Assembly: GCF_964204645.1 (NCBI RefSeq)
Contig: NC_134027.1
Coordinates: 22,778,560-22,842,559 of the forward strand
Direction of reading: 5' to 3'
Source of the DNA: Tubulanus polymorphus
Taxonomy: Eukaryota > Animalia > Nemertea
DNA: 64,000 bases
Shown here: positions 41,411-54,400 of the stretch, one piece after another
Numbering within the stretch: the stretch's first letter is position 1
How the letters are laid out: every line of letters starts with the position of its first letter
Program-made: the position numbers and the translations under genes
Notes under the pieces: model-generated
The model's database searches: none
What the model saw: the letters and a program-made list of their open reading frames with translations, nothing else
Told to the model about the DNA's origin: nothing

Positions 41411-44400
41411 TAAAAGAAAAAAAATAATAATAATTGTCTCTTACGTAGAGCGCTATTCCAGGGACGAGGTCCTTGTTCACTGCGTTGTCCCTCTATGCCC
41501 TCACAAATAAAAAGGACTTCAGGGAAGGTTTGAACTGATCGATATTGTCTATAAGTTTGATTTTGTGTGGTAACAGATTCCAAAATTTAGCACCATACAC
41601 TGTAAAGCTCCTATCACCAAGACATGATTTTGTCCTCCTTAAATCAACGACTAAACCAGATGACGATCTGGTGGTTCTTGCGGACTGTTTCAGAACAATG
41701 AGGTCTTGAAGGTATTTAGGAGCCGCACCATGGATACACTTAAATAATTGAAGTGCAATCTTATAGACAATCCTTTCTCTGACTGGCAACCAGTGAAGCT
41801 CATGTAATGTTGGTGTGATGTGTTGAAACTTCTTAACCTTGCACACAACTCATGCAGCTGAGTTTTGCACACTTTTGGAGTGGAGCTAGCATGTTGCTAG
41901 GAAGGCCAGCTAAGATCCCATTATTACAGTCGATTCGCGAAGTTACAAATGCATGTATCAACCGCTCGGTACTAAACCTGTCCAGGTATTTTCTAAGGCG
42001 GCCGATACGGTACAGATTTGCGAACGCCGATTTGCAAACAGACTTTACATGTATGTCTATTTTCACATGTTTATCAATAATGACACCGAGATCTTTTACA
42101 CAGTCTGACGTTGGTATCCAAACACCATCAACACAGATCCCAGTCACGGAACCGATTCTACGCGACGATACTAGATTAACGACATCAGTCTTCGGAGCAT
42201 TTAGGGATAGTTTATTTTCGAACAACCAACTCTTAATTTCACCGACGCAGTATTCTACACTCGAAACCATTTCTATGGTCTCTTTCCTATCTCCACACTT
42301 TGCAGCAGACTCAAGTTGATTGTCACCTGCATACAATTGGTACTGGACATCATTTTCACGCATCACATCACCTAATGGGATGGTATAAATGGTAAAAAGT
42401 ATAGGTCCGAGCACGGACCCCCGCGGAACTCCACACTCTACAGGTGTAGGACGTGAACATTCATTAGCAACCATTACAGACTGATTCCTCTTAGACAGAT
42501 AAGAGGCAAACCACTGTAGTACAGAGTCCTTCATGCCGCAGGATCTCCTGAGCCGATTTAACAATATTCCGTGATCGACCGTATCAAAAGCAGCAGACAA
42601 GTCCAATAACACCAATAGGAACTCGTTGCCTTCATCAAGAGAACACAAAATATCATTCATGACACGAAGGAGAACTGTCTCTGTGCTATGGCCTTGTCGG
42701 TACTAAGCCGATTGATTGGGATCATAAAGACAGTTTGAAGATAAATGCCTCGTGAGGCGAGACGCAATTATCCGCTCGATTAATTTCGACAGGTATGTTA
42801 GATTTGAAACTGGACGATAATTAGCGAGAACTCGCTTGTCCAATGTAGGTTTCTTTAGAAGTGGCTTCACTAAAGCAGACTTCAATGCGATTGGCATTCG
42901 ACCAGATGATAATGATGTGTTTACTATTCGCATAAGAACAGGCAACAGCAGATCAACACACTTTTTTAGTAGACTTGTGGGTAATAGGTCAAGGGAGCAC
43001 CCCTTTGCCGGTAACGAGAGAATCAAAGTCCTAATTTCAGCCTCTGACGCTGGACTAAAATCGGAAAGCGGCGGCACCTCAGCGACTGGTTCAGTCTACC
43101 GGTAAACCTTCATTGAGCTCTAGACGGATCCTGCCTATCTTCTCGTTGAAGAATAGACTAAATCGTTCAGCTAACTGTTGTGGATCAGAATGATCTGGCA
43201 GCGGGGAGATAGCATTCTTGCCAAGGAGATCACTAACTATCCGAAATAAGTCTTTGCTACAACTAGACGTGATCTTGCAACTATAAAAATCTGTTTCGCT
43301 TTCTCGACCAAATGGCAAACTATATTCGACTGTGCACGATAGAGTTGGCGATTTATCACAGTGCGATCCTTTCGCCACTTCCTCTCAAGATTACGACGAA
43401 TGGCTCTAGCTTCGCTGATCTCAGGTGCGAACCACGGAGCTTTATCCCTCACCACAATAGTACGAGATATTTCTGGAGCATGCTTATCTACTAAAGGTCT
43501 CAGGATGTTGTTATATTCATCCACTAACTTATTCAAGTCACTACTTGGCGCTGTGATGAGATCTGATGACATGATATCTTCACCGAACTGCACTGAGTCG
43601 ATTTTACCAAGCTTTCTGTAGGCAACTTTCTTCCTCTCTGGAGCAGGTTTACTGAGATTAAATCCACAGTGCACTGGAAAATGGTCAGATTGTAGAGACG
43701 GCTCAATGAGAACATCCCTAATCAATGATGGATCATTGTCTCTGGTTACGAGTAGGTCAATAATATGACCACTAACATGAGTGCTTTCCAAAAACATGCT
43801 GAGCGGCACCGAAGGACTCGAGGAGCTGGTTATATTTTATCACTCCGGGATCTGCAACCTTGTCCATATGAATATTGAAATCCCCGGTGATGATAAAATG
43901 CTTATAGGTGGCAGCTACTTTTTCCAAAAGGGAGGCAAATTCATTGATGAACTCACTAAGGAATCGCGGGTACGGGTTAGGTCTGTATACAATGACTATG
44001 TAAATCGATTCCGACTTATGTAAAACAGACAATTCAAGGCACTCAAAGAAACTATATAGAGAACTTCCATGATGTTTCACTTTCATGCCCCCACGGACAA
44101 GGGCAGCAACTCCACCTCCACGCTTTGATGATCTAAACTGTTGCACCAAAGTTAAACCTTGCAGTTGATTTGTAGTGCTTGATATAGTCACATTGTCTGT
44201 TTCCCACCACTGAGCAAAGTCTCAGTGAGAATAAAGATATCAGTTCTTCTATCTATAATTGATTCACACAATGCGGCTACTTTCTGTGTTATTGATCTAG
44301 CATTCCAGTTAGTCAGTTTTATTAACTCCACTTTTCTCGCAACATGTCTCCCTGCTCGTGTTGAACGCCTGGTTGAGGACCTTTTAAAGAGATTAATAGC

Positions 44401-44785
44401 CTTCAAGGAAGTAACATGGCTAGTGTTCTGGTAGACTGCACGCGATTTTATATCTAGTAATTCCTCTCTGGTATACATGTAAGTCATGGTGTCATGTATG
44501 AAAGTCCACAATACTAAACAGATACAGTCTATGTCCTTGTCACAAATATGGCTGCCATTCTAGAATCCAAAATGTATTCCAGAAAAACTGCACCACACAA
44601 ACAGACAGTGTTCTGATATGAGCTGAGTTGTAGTAGTTATCAATTCCAGCTCTTGGACACTTCACAAAAATTGTCAGACAGTTTATCACTAGTTCTGTAA
44701 CCTAACTTAGTAAAAAATTTGCAATATCCTGGAGAGACTCAAGGAGCAGCTACCAAGCGCTACACTTGACACTTGACACTTGACC
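41410..44785 (-). mobile_element. Near full-length L2-clade LINE (APE endonuclease + RT), frameshifted and dead
   Basis: Successive ORF pieces: WNARS/ILTET, GGGVA, VYRP, TGDFNIH, SDHF (APE); NYRPVSNL, LLDLSAAFDTVDH, GVPRGSVLGP, LYAGDNQL (mutated YADD), HITPTLHELHWLPV. L2-type 3' end GCGCTCTACG...(TAT)n. Confidence 0.92.
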
Positions 44786-45601
44786 AATTAGACCAACCAA
44801 CAAGCAATGATGCTACAGTTACAAATACATGATTATATTAATGACGATGGTATCTCGTTTTCCGTGAGTGCTCGGTAAATTCCGTCAATCTCCGATTAGG
44901 TCCTCACATCACTCGCCACCCTCATGTGACTCGGACCAAATCGTCTCCGTATGATCGCGGCTAAACATTAGATAAACTGCCTAACTTTGGGGTGTCATAG
45001 ATCCGAACCCAGTTATTACTGAACCAGGTTGCTTTTTACCAGCACGGAATATTTTTCATCGTAAAATATGTATTGACCCCGTCATATATTTGATTGGTAG
45101 ATTTCGTTTTGTTTTCGATCTTGGTGTCCCTTACAAACCTACCACACCTGCCCCGCGATCGAAACAGGGGGTTTGTTATCGGCCCCGAATGACCACACAA
45201 ACTGTGAAGTGAGAACTCTCGTATTTATGAGTGTGGTTTGTGTGAAAGCGATGCGCGATTATTTCAGTAAAATATTCCAGAAAGATTCACCTATATCTAC
45301 ATAAATATGTATGAATAGAGAAAGAATTTAGTACCGAAGGCTTAACAAAACTTTATCTTATAAGATATGAGAATTAAATTCAATTCACTCCTCTGCGACC
45401 GATGTTGAACACATCTATTCAAATGTTCCACGATGGTTAATAAGCTGAACAGCATTCAACAGAGATGATATAATGATAACTTGGTGAAACGTGACTTGAT
45501 TGGTCGGATATACTCGGCAGGAGTCTGATGTAACAATGGTCCAATTTACTTCAATTTATCATTTAACAGATCGTCCAACATGATCCATACAGCAGTCGAA
45601 A

Positions 45602-46666
45602 ATGTTCGCTAATAGTGACAATACGACAAGTGGCCCGGTCCTGCAGCTCAGCGCTTGTCAGAGAGTCCAAACTCATCCGGTTAATGTCAAATCAAAATTC
45701 AATGTTCTAATGTATTTGGGATGTTATCTACCGGCGTGTGTTTTAGGTATAACATTCAACGCATTCACGCTGTTAGTTCTAAAACGGTTTAAATCTGATG
45801 TTTATTTTCTCATCAAAATTCTCGCTATAAACGACCTGTTGTTTATGATCGCTACATTCATTCTTTATCCGCTGAGAACTGCGTACATTTACGCCGTTTT
45901 AGGAGATATTCTTTTTCGGGTAAACAGCGACTGGAATTTCGGGTGGATTTTTATTTCAATATCTTTGCCGTTTTTCTATATATTTCAGATGACACGTAAC
46001 TGGTGCACTGTACTGCTCAGTCTAGAGCGGTTAATCGTCGTATTGTTTCCAATGAAATCTCGTAGAATTCCAAGAAAGCTGATCGCACAGGGCGCAATGT
46101 TTTTAATTTTTTTGTTGGGTTTTTGTGGTCATTTAGGTCAATTTATACCCCGCAAACAACTTGGATTCCTGAACTGTCCTGACTATTGGCCTTATATCAC
46201 AGTACGGCGTCGATTTATACGGTACAATTTTAAAATAAGTGTCTGGGTTTATACAGTTTCTGAGTATATTTTTTTCTTTGTTTTCACTGTCTCGATTCCA
46301 CTTTTCATGCTGGTTTTCATTAATGTTATTCTTATTTCGTCGACATTTTACCGTCGGGTTACTCGACGTTCACAACTCGGTGTAACTGATGAATCGTCTA
46401 GAAGGGAAATGAGGGTTTTAAGGATGGTTTTATCAGTTGTTTTATTGTTTATTATTTGCGAAGGTTTGGGCTTTGTGGATCGTAAACGAAATTGGTTCCC
46501 CATAAAGGAAATCGGTTTTTCTTTTAGATTAATCGCATTGGCATTTTCTATTGTTGATTCATCCGTAAATGTCATTATATATTGTGTGACAAATGACAAA
46601 TTCAGAAAGTCGTCCGTTGACATTCTTAGTAAAGCCTGTCCTAGAAAAGTTTCTTGTTTTCGATGA
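45602..46666 (+). CDS. Intronless class A (rhodopsin-like) GPCR, peptide-receptor-like orphan (FMRFamide-receptor-like group)
   Basis: 354-aa ORF with 7 hydrophobic segments: TM1 GITFN, TM2 LAINDLL, TM3 SLERLIVVLFP, TM5 IP, TM6 FIICE, TM7 DSSVNVIIYC, helix 8 KFR. N-terminal NTT sequon. Confidence 0.9.
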   Translation: MFANSDNTTSGPVLQLSACQRVQTHPVNVKSKFNVLMYLGCYLPACVLGITFNAFTLLVLKRFKSDVYFLIKILAINDLLFMIATFILYPLRTAYIYAVLGDILFRVNSDWNFGWIFISISLPFFYIFQMTRNWCTVLLSLERLIVVLFPMKSRRIPRKLIAQGAMFLIFLLGFCGHLGQFIPRKQLGFLNCPDYWPYITVRRRFIRYNFKISVWVYTVSEYIFFFVFTVSIPLFMLVFINVILISSTFYRRVTRRSQLGVTDESSRREMRVLRMVLSVVLLFIICEGLGFVDRKRNWFPIKEIGFSFRLIALAFSIVDSSVNVIIYCVTNDKFRKSSVDILSKACPRKVSCFR

Positions 46667-46792
46667 ATAGCTAGCGTGAGTTGAGATGAGACAATCCTAC
46701 GGTGGAACTCGCTTCGGATTTCCTTTTAGTTCGGATGAAATATTCGGTCCACCTAAACAGAAATCTTTAGTAAAAGGCGAAAGATTTAAACG

Positions 46793-49270
46793 TTTTTTTT
46801 TTACATATGAACTTTATATTACAAAAGGAAAGCTCCATAACAACTACATCACACCCACTGGAGTCAGGTGGGGGACTGGAGGTGTTTTCATCATATTCCA
46901 AGTAATCATAAATGTATATTTAATTCTCTTCAATTCGATTTAAACGTTATTCATTAACACTGGTTTGTAACAGTCGTATATGTATAAGACAATTCAAACT
47001 GCATTAACTGGAACATTTCACTACACATCGTACATCATCGTTTAACTCTTTCCAATATCTACACATTATCCGTAATGACACAAATTATTCTTTATATTTA
47101 CAAAATAGGAATACTTTTGTCTAGTATAGAAATATCAAATCATCATTCACAGTCACATGTATAGTATGTATAAAACGATTTAATTGCTATTTACAGAAAC
47201 CTAAACGCTTTTCTGACCTTACAAAATATCATTAATCGTACTGAGTGCTATTTCATTTATGAAGTAATTATTTCCGTTGCATCTGATCAGAGTTTCATTT
47301 TGAGTCCAAACATTAATATTTTTTCTAGCCGTTATCTCCTGTTTCAATCGTCTGGCTATAAAATTACGAGCGTAACTTTTCATATCTAGTTCAGTTTCTC
47401 CTGTGCATGCCTTGCGATGATTCTTATACAGTGTCCATTTCAAGACATTTATCAAATAGTTACATATACGCCTACTGTGTGGATTTATGATTGCTTGTGT
47501 AGGAAAACCAAAACAAATTGTACGTTTAGTTAAGAGAGCTGGTTGTTCTGCTACCTGAGCTATTATCGTTTGAAATCTAGTAAAAAGTTTTACGGCTGCC
47601 GGACATTCAATTATGACATGCGTTTAGTGGCTGCACGGCCGCATATTTTACAGGTAGGGTCGTTAGAAACTTGCCATGTCACGAGTTTAGTTGCTGTAGC
47701 TAGGGTATCGTGTATAAACCTCCATTGCATATCCCCTAATTTATTCTCAGTTATTGGATGATAAATGTCTCCCCATATTTGAGCCCAATTTATGTTATGT
47801 TCGTTTAGGATGGTTTGGATTTTATTTTGACTAATTGGTTTTATGTGGCCGAATTTTGCATGGACTATGGCATTATATATTTCGCACATGGAAGTATCAA
47901 CTTATGGTTTTCTAAAGTTCTGTGTTTTAATTGTGTAAGCTGATTTTTTATTATCATCAATGGTTTCGTCACCCAGGGTGACCCGCCATTCGCGGGGTAT
48001 AGCAGCGTAGATTCGGCTGTGTTATCCTTCGTCTACTAATATCGGCGTAAAATTATCAATATCTTTAAAATTACCGTATTCATCGAAGAAATGCTTGACA
48101 TTTGTTAGACCTATGTCAGCATATTCTGGATAATTCAAGGTCCTACCATTGACAGTTATTGAGGGGTTATTAAACACTAAGTTATTCTTAATATCGTGCT
48201 TCGACCATTTCGGTTCAACGAGGGCCATAACATACTTCCACGCGGTTAAAAGGCTTTTATAGCATGAATTCCGAGTTTCTCTATTTCTGAAATTTTCATT
48301 TATTAGGGAATCTATCGACCAGCCCTGTCCTAGCACTTGATTAAGATAATAATTCAGTAATGGTCTCCATTTAGATCCTCGATTCATTTCTACTAGGATA
48401 TTGGGCCATTACTCTACAACTAATGATATTAATTGCTAATCCACCACTGCTTAAGGGTTGATAGATTATCTCCGCTCTTACATAATGTTTGCCATAAGAC
48501 CAAAGAAAATCGTTAATTTTTTTCTGAATACGTTCGACGTAAATATTGGGTATAGGATAAATTTCTGAGACATACCATAAGACAGGTAAAATGAACGAAT
48601 TAATAACTACCCGTTTGCCTTTATACGACAGTTTAGTCTGTCGCCATTGATTTATTATGTTTGTAATTGTGTTAATCTTTCGTTCCCAATTTAGTTTTTC
48701 GATGTCGCCAAGACCAAAATACATGCCATATATTTAATGAGTCTGTTTGACCAATTTAGGTTTAGGGGTTTATCCGTTCTATTCTTGGAGGCACCAATCC
48801 ATAAACCTTCCGTCTTTTCTTTGTTGATTTTGGCTCCAGAAGATTGCTCAAATTCCGTTAGAACATGGAAAAGTTTCTTGATTGATTCAATACTTGTTAA
48901 GGTAAGGGTTGTATCGTCAGCATATTGTTTCATTTTACACACTTCCCCGTTTGGCAAGGTGATACCCTCAATTTCTGGATCGCGCCTTATTCTAATTGCT
49001 AAGGTTTCAGCTACAATAATATAGAGAAGCGCACTCATTGGGCACCCTTGTCTTACTCCTCGTTCAAGAGAGAATGGATTTGTAAGGAAACCATTACTTT
49101 TAATCAAAGACTTGGGATCAGAATAACACATTTCGATGTATTTGATTATATTTTCGGCGAAGCCAAACGATTTCAGGGATTTGAACATATGTGACCAATC
49201 TACTCGTTCAAATGCCTTCATCTGATCGATCGCTAATAGAAAGGCCTCAATATTTTCATCGTTGGTACCC
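46793..49270 (-). mobile_element. 5'-truncated, degenerate L1/Tx1-clade retrotransposon
   Basis: IDQMKAFERVDW, RGVRQGCPMSALLY, QYADDT, LSYKGKRVVINS, LSSGGL, and a C-terminal CKIC zinc-knuckle region. A-tail at ~46793-46802. Confidence 0.9.
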
Positions 49271-51468
49271 CGAAACCATTGCCTTTAAACACGGTGTTTT
49301 ACTTTCGCCAAAATTCAGATTTTTTTCCGCCACAAAATCGGTCTTTTAGCCAGAAGGTTCCACAGATTTCAGTCAGAATTTTATCCAAATTTATATTACA
49401 CTTAATTAGATCAATCAACAACATGATGCTACAGTTACAAATATATGATTATATTCATGATGATGGTAACTCGTTTTCCGTGAGCTCTCGGTAAATTCCG
49501 TCAATCTCCGACCACGCCCACGTCTCTTACAATGTACACGCGTGTTGTGACATCTGGGGTCACCCGGCACGTGACCGATACACTGACTGACTTCTCCTAG
49601 AGAGGCTTCTATCATCAGGCGTGTTTGAAATATCTTATTTAAGGCCATTTTATCTTACATTAGGCCAAAAAATTGCTTCACATATCTGCTGAGGTTAAAA
49701 TTTGACCCGGCCGGACGCCTATCTGTACATTATTTTTTTCTTTAAAATCATGATCAAGCTAACAATAACAGGCCCGTCAGTTATAGAAAATGAACTGATT
49801 TGAAATTTTATTGCTGTTTACAAAAATGAACACAACATGGCTACTAATTGAACGGAGCCAAATTTCCGATGTTTACGGCTCGACAGTGCCTTTATAACGT
49901 GGATTTATCAAAATTCCCATGCAGTATCTGGAGATTGAAGTGAGCTGAAGGATATCATACGGATTGTATCGGCGACAGCGGTAAAGGTAAGGAAGCCTTT
50001 ACACTTTTAACAAAATCTATGTGGAAAAGGGGAAAAAATAATAGTAATCACGCGAATTTCAATAGGGTTTTCTGTGAAGAAACAGAAAACCCTAATAATG
50101 TACATTGTACATATACGTGATTGAAGCTATTTCTATTGAAAATAAATCTATATCACAAAATTGTTTGTAATGCAAATATGGCAATAATTAGATCATCAAG
50201 TATATAACAAGCAAATATATAACAAATATAACAAATAGTAATACCTTGAACAAGTGAGTATAGAAATATAAATGTAAAAAGCCATAGGTGCAAAAATAAC
50301 TGCTACTTGAATCCCAGTATAACATGAAAAAATGCCGTTAGATAAATATAATGATATCAAAATTTTCAAAACAATTTTATTGATAATTAATAATAAGTCA
50401 GTGAGCTCACAATAGAATATTAGGCAATACTTGGTCTAAGCATTATTGTTGATATCCTGTAACTGTCCCGTATAGAAAGATATATAATTGTACGTACTAT
50501 GTTCTTATGTGAATTTGAATGTAGTTCTGCGTTAAGTCAAGTTCAGTTGGCTTAGATTGGAAAGGCGCTCCTGCTCGAAAGTCCTGAGACGATGCACAAA
50601 GGAGTGACCCATAATAAGTACGTCAATCGGCATAATCGACTTCAAATTTAAGCACTAACCTTGAATGATTGAAATAGAAGTAAACGAAATGAATTCAGTA
50701 AAACGCAGTTAGTGAAAATATTGAATTGAAGTCAGTGAAAATAACGAAGTATCCTACTCGTGTTTCTCCGAGGGAATGCGTTGTCAGGAGGGGCGGAGGC
50801 AAGGAGTAACTGACAACTGATAAGTAACACGTGACTCCGCGTGATCTCACAAAACATTTTATTCTCTACAAAAATAAAATTCATTTCTGGCACATACTTG
50901 TTCCCAAACCCATCGTGTGGTGATTTTGGTCTTCTACGTAGCAAGTAAGCATTGTACACAGATATTACGTATGCATGCAAATCGAAGGGCTTTATTAAAA
51001 TCATATGTCAAAATTCCCCAACCAAATTTCTAAAACTGTTAGAAATCGGCAATATTTTGTCAAAACATTACAAGATAGACGCCAGATCCAGTTTCACCAT
51101 GATAACCGTCGATATCTGATTCGACGGTTCAAAGGTTTAAATTGAAATACGTATGTAACTTAAAACCTTTGAATCAAACCTAATCGAAAACGGTAGAACT
51201 GCATCCAGAAAATGGCTCTGCTAGATAATGAGATTGTTCTAGGGGCGGATTGCGCAAACGATTATTGAACACCGGTGAGAACGATAGGATCTGAACGAGG
51301 TCTGAACGATAGGATCTGAACAGGATGACACAGACGTTACCTCGACAGTCATATGATATTAGTGATAACATGCTACATACAATCCCTAGAACCTCACTCG
51401 ACTCGTGGGTGAGACGCATACAATCCCTAGAACCTCACTCGACTCGTGGGTGAGACAACAAACGACGA

Positions 51469-54400
51469 TCAATAACTCTTTTTCTGCTGCTCTTTTTCTT
51501 CGCGTTGTCTGCGTCGTTCGGCCTCTTCTGCTTCCAAACGAGCGACGAGTTCAGCTTGAACTTGCGGCTCAACGACGCGACCGAGTTCCGAGTACGTCGA
51601 AAAATCATCGAAATCACCGATCAGTACACCAGGGGGTGCTTGATGTTTGATGTTGTTAACGATGTGTAGATAGATCGGTTCTTTTTTCTATCATGGAAGT
51701 AAATATGATAAGAAATAAATTCCGTTTGTCAACAAAGTCGGCTTTTTAGCTTTTCTAAAAAAGCAGATTTGCTACTCGTTTGGGTTCATTCCCATTTCGC
51801 CTCTTCCCCTTTCGCCCCATTTTTCCGTTTCAAAAGAAGCTACGTTTAATGTAACATGAATGTACTAACCGCGCTTGCGTATACTTCAGCAGTCATTTAG
51901 CTTATGTGAATATCCATCAAAAACACAGAAAGGGTCCAGGTGGGAAAAGAGCAAATCAAAAAAAAATGGGAAGGGGCGAAATGGAAAAAGGGGCGAATAT
52001 TGGGCCAATTGGGATGAGGCAAGATGGGGAGGGGCAAAAGGGGAATAGATTAAGAGGGAAAGGGAAGGAACGGGAAGGGTCGAAATGGGAGGACGCCATA
52101 CGTTTGGTTTTAACCAAATGTTCGAAGTTGAATTTCGTTGATTTTTTGGCGATGGTAAAAAGCCGTCTTAAAGATGGAGTCGCCAACGATTGAATATTTT
52201 AATAAACACATCGAAAATGAAAATATGTTTCTATTATAACTGCTGTTTGATATAAAGTTTGATTGTTCAGTTCCACATGAAAATAATTTCAACTATTGAG
52301 CTAAACGCAACTAAAAAGCACAAAACGGGGCTTAAGATTGCAACAACTAAAACACTGTAGGATAATTCAATTCAAATTAAATTAAACAATACAAATGAAA
52401 CCAGTCTCACTCTCTTTGATTATATCTACCTCATCAACAATATATGCTGGATTGTCGACACCACAGATTGCGAACTCCTGGATTTCCTCATCGTCATCGT
52501 TGTAAACGTCTTGATATGGATTATCTTCGTCACCGACTATTTGATAGGGATTTTCATCTGAAAATACGCAAAATCATTCTGCGAACTCAATTTACAAACA
52601 TCACTTGTAATACAGGTAAGGAAAAAAAAATTTAAAAATCGTATTATACATTAGTAAAGGCGAAAAATATTCAAAATGACAGATGTTACCACTAGGTCCG
52701 ATTTCATGTCCATCAATATCGTTATTTGGAGGAGGGACTGGAGCCGAACTGTAAACAAGGTGAAAATAAATTTTCTGTTACATACGGTGGTCAGGAGCGG
52801 ATCGGAAAAGGCATATTATGATATCAGATTGAGCTGAACCGGTAAGAAAGGAAATCTCCAGTACCGTATGAAATTTAAAAACAAAAAATAACCTAACCTA
52901 TTCCCGCGATATTTTGTCCAGATCCATTGACCGTCGCGACGCCCTTTCACGAATAGCAACACGAACACAATGACGATGATGGCGACGAACAATACACCCA
53001 CAACAACACCTCCGATCAATCCAATATTGATGGTAGTAGTGGTTGGATTAACTGAGAGAATAACAAACGAAAGTACCAATCTGCCTTCATTTCACGCATG
53101 ACATTTCTTGTCGAAAATGAACTAAAACATCAGACACATTTTAACGGAAAACACAGAACTCCTATATCTAGAATACCTGGAATTTCAACCTGCTGGCTCA
53201 CAATGACGTCACTACTCTCAATTACAATCAGTTGGTAACTGTATGCTTGATCGGGATCGATTTCAATAGTTATACTTATCAAACCATCCGTGCTTTCTAT
53301 CGGTTCGGTAGATTTACACTTGTTCGTATATTTCGTGCAGTATTTCACGTAGACGCTGTACTTCGACGGAAACGATGACAATTTTAGCAGAACAAGATTT
53401 CCTTCTCGTGTTATTGTGGCTTGCTTCAATGCGGTGTTTATAGCCCTTGGAATATCTACAAAATGAGAAAAGTACATTCGATTTTGACGAAATCTTCCTT
53501 ACGACATTCATAAACCTATCGTTGTCGTCGTCGTCGTGGTCAATCGTCGTCGTCGTCGTCAATCGTCGTCGTCGACGTCGTCTCGTCATCGTCATCGTCA
53601 TCGTCATCATCATCTTTTAGAAGGAAGTATGTGCAGCAAATTCTACCAGTTAGAACAAACAGGCAAAGTAAAACGTTCATAATCTGGATAAAGGGCTGGC
53701 ATGATATCGCTTCGGATCCTGAATCCGAAATCTGAATTCGTATCAGTGACGGGGAACTCCTGAACTCTGGGTGTGGGCTGAAAATGCCGACATCGATTGT
53801 GAATGATATCGGTGAAGTTGAGTGATAACATCATTCGGAAGAGTTTTTCAATTTAACTGTGACGGGAACTAACAGACTAATTCTTAACGAAATGTGAAGT
53901 TAACATGTGATTAATCTACCGTGCTTAAGAATATATTAAGACGTGCTTAAGAATATGCCTTTGTATATCTTATAAAACCTCCCAAACTATGTATATAGCC
54001 TCCAATCTTACCATTTGTTCTAGTTGTAACTATATCGGTAAATGGACTTGTATTATCACCAGGATTTGAGTTGACACTTTTCACTTTGAACTGATAATCA
54101 GTTGCTGGTTTTAATCCGGTTATTTTCGTTTGCACCAGTTTTCTATAACCGGGATCGGGTATTTCAGCTATATCGACGAATTGTGTTGAATCGGAAGTCT
54201 TCTGGCTGAGGATGAACGTTTGTTCGGAGCCACCCTCAAATTCAGACTGCCAATTGAGCGTCACTGATACCGCAGTTTTTGCAATCACTGTCAGATTTGA
54301 CGGTGTTTGTGGAGGTCCTGAAATAAATAGAAACAAGATGAAATTCGTAGGATAAGTCACATGCAGCGTTGTATGTTCCCAGATCAGCAAAATCCAGTCT

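Noticed and set aside
51376-51456. 41-bp-period tandem duplication just after gene C's stop
   Set aside because: Real, but a simple local duplication in the 3' UTR with no evidence of function.
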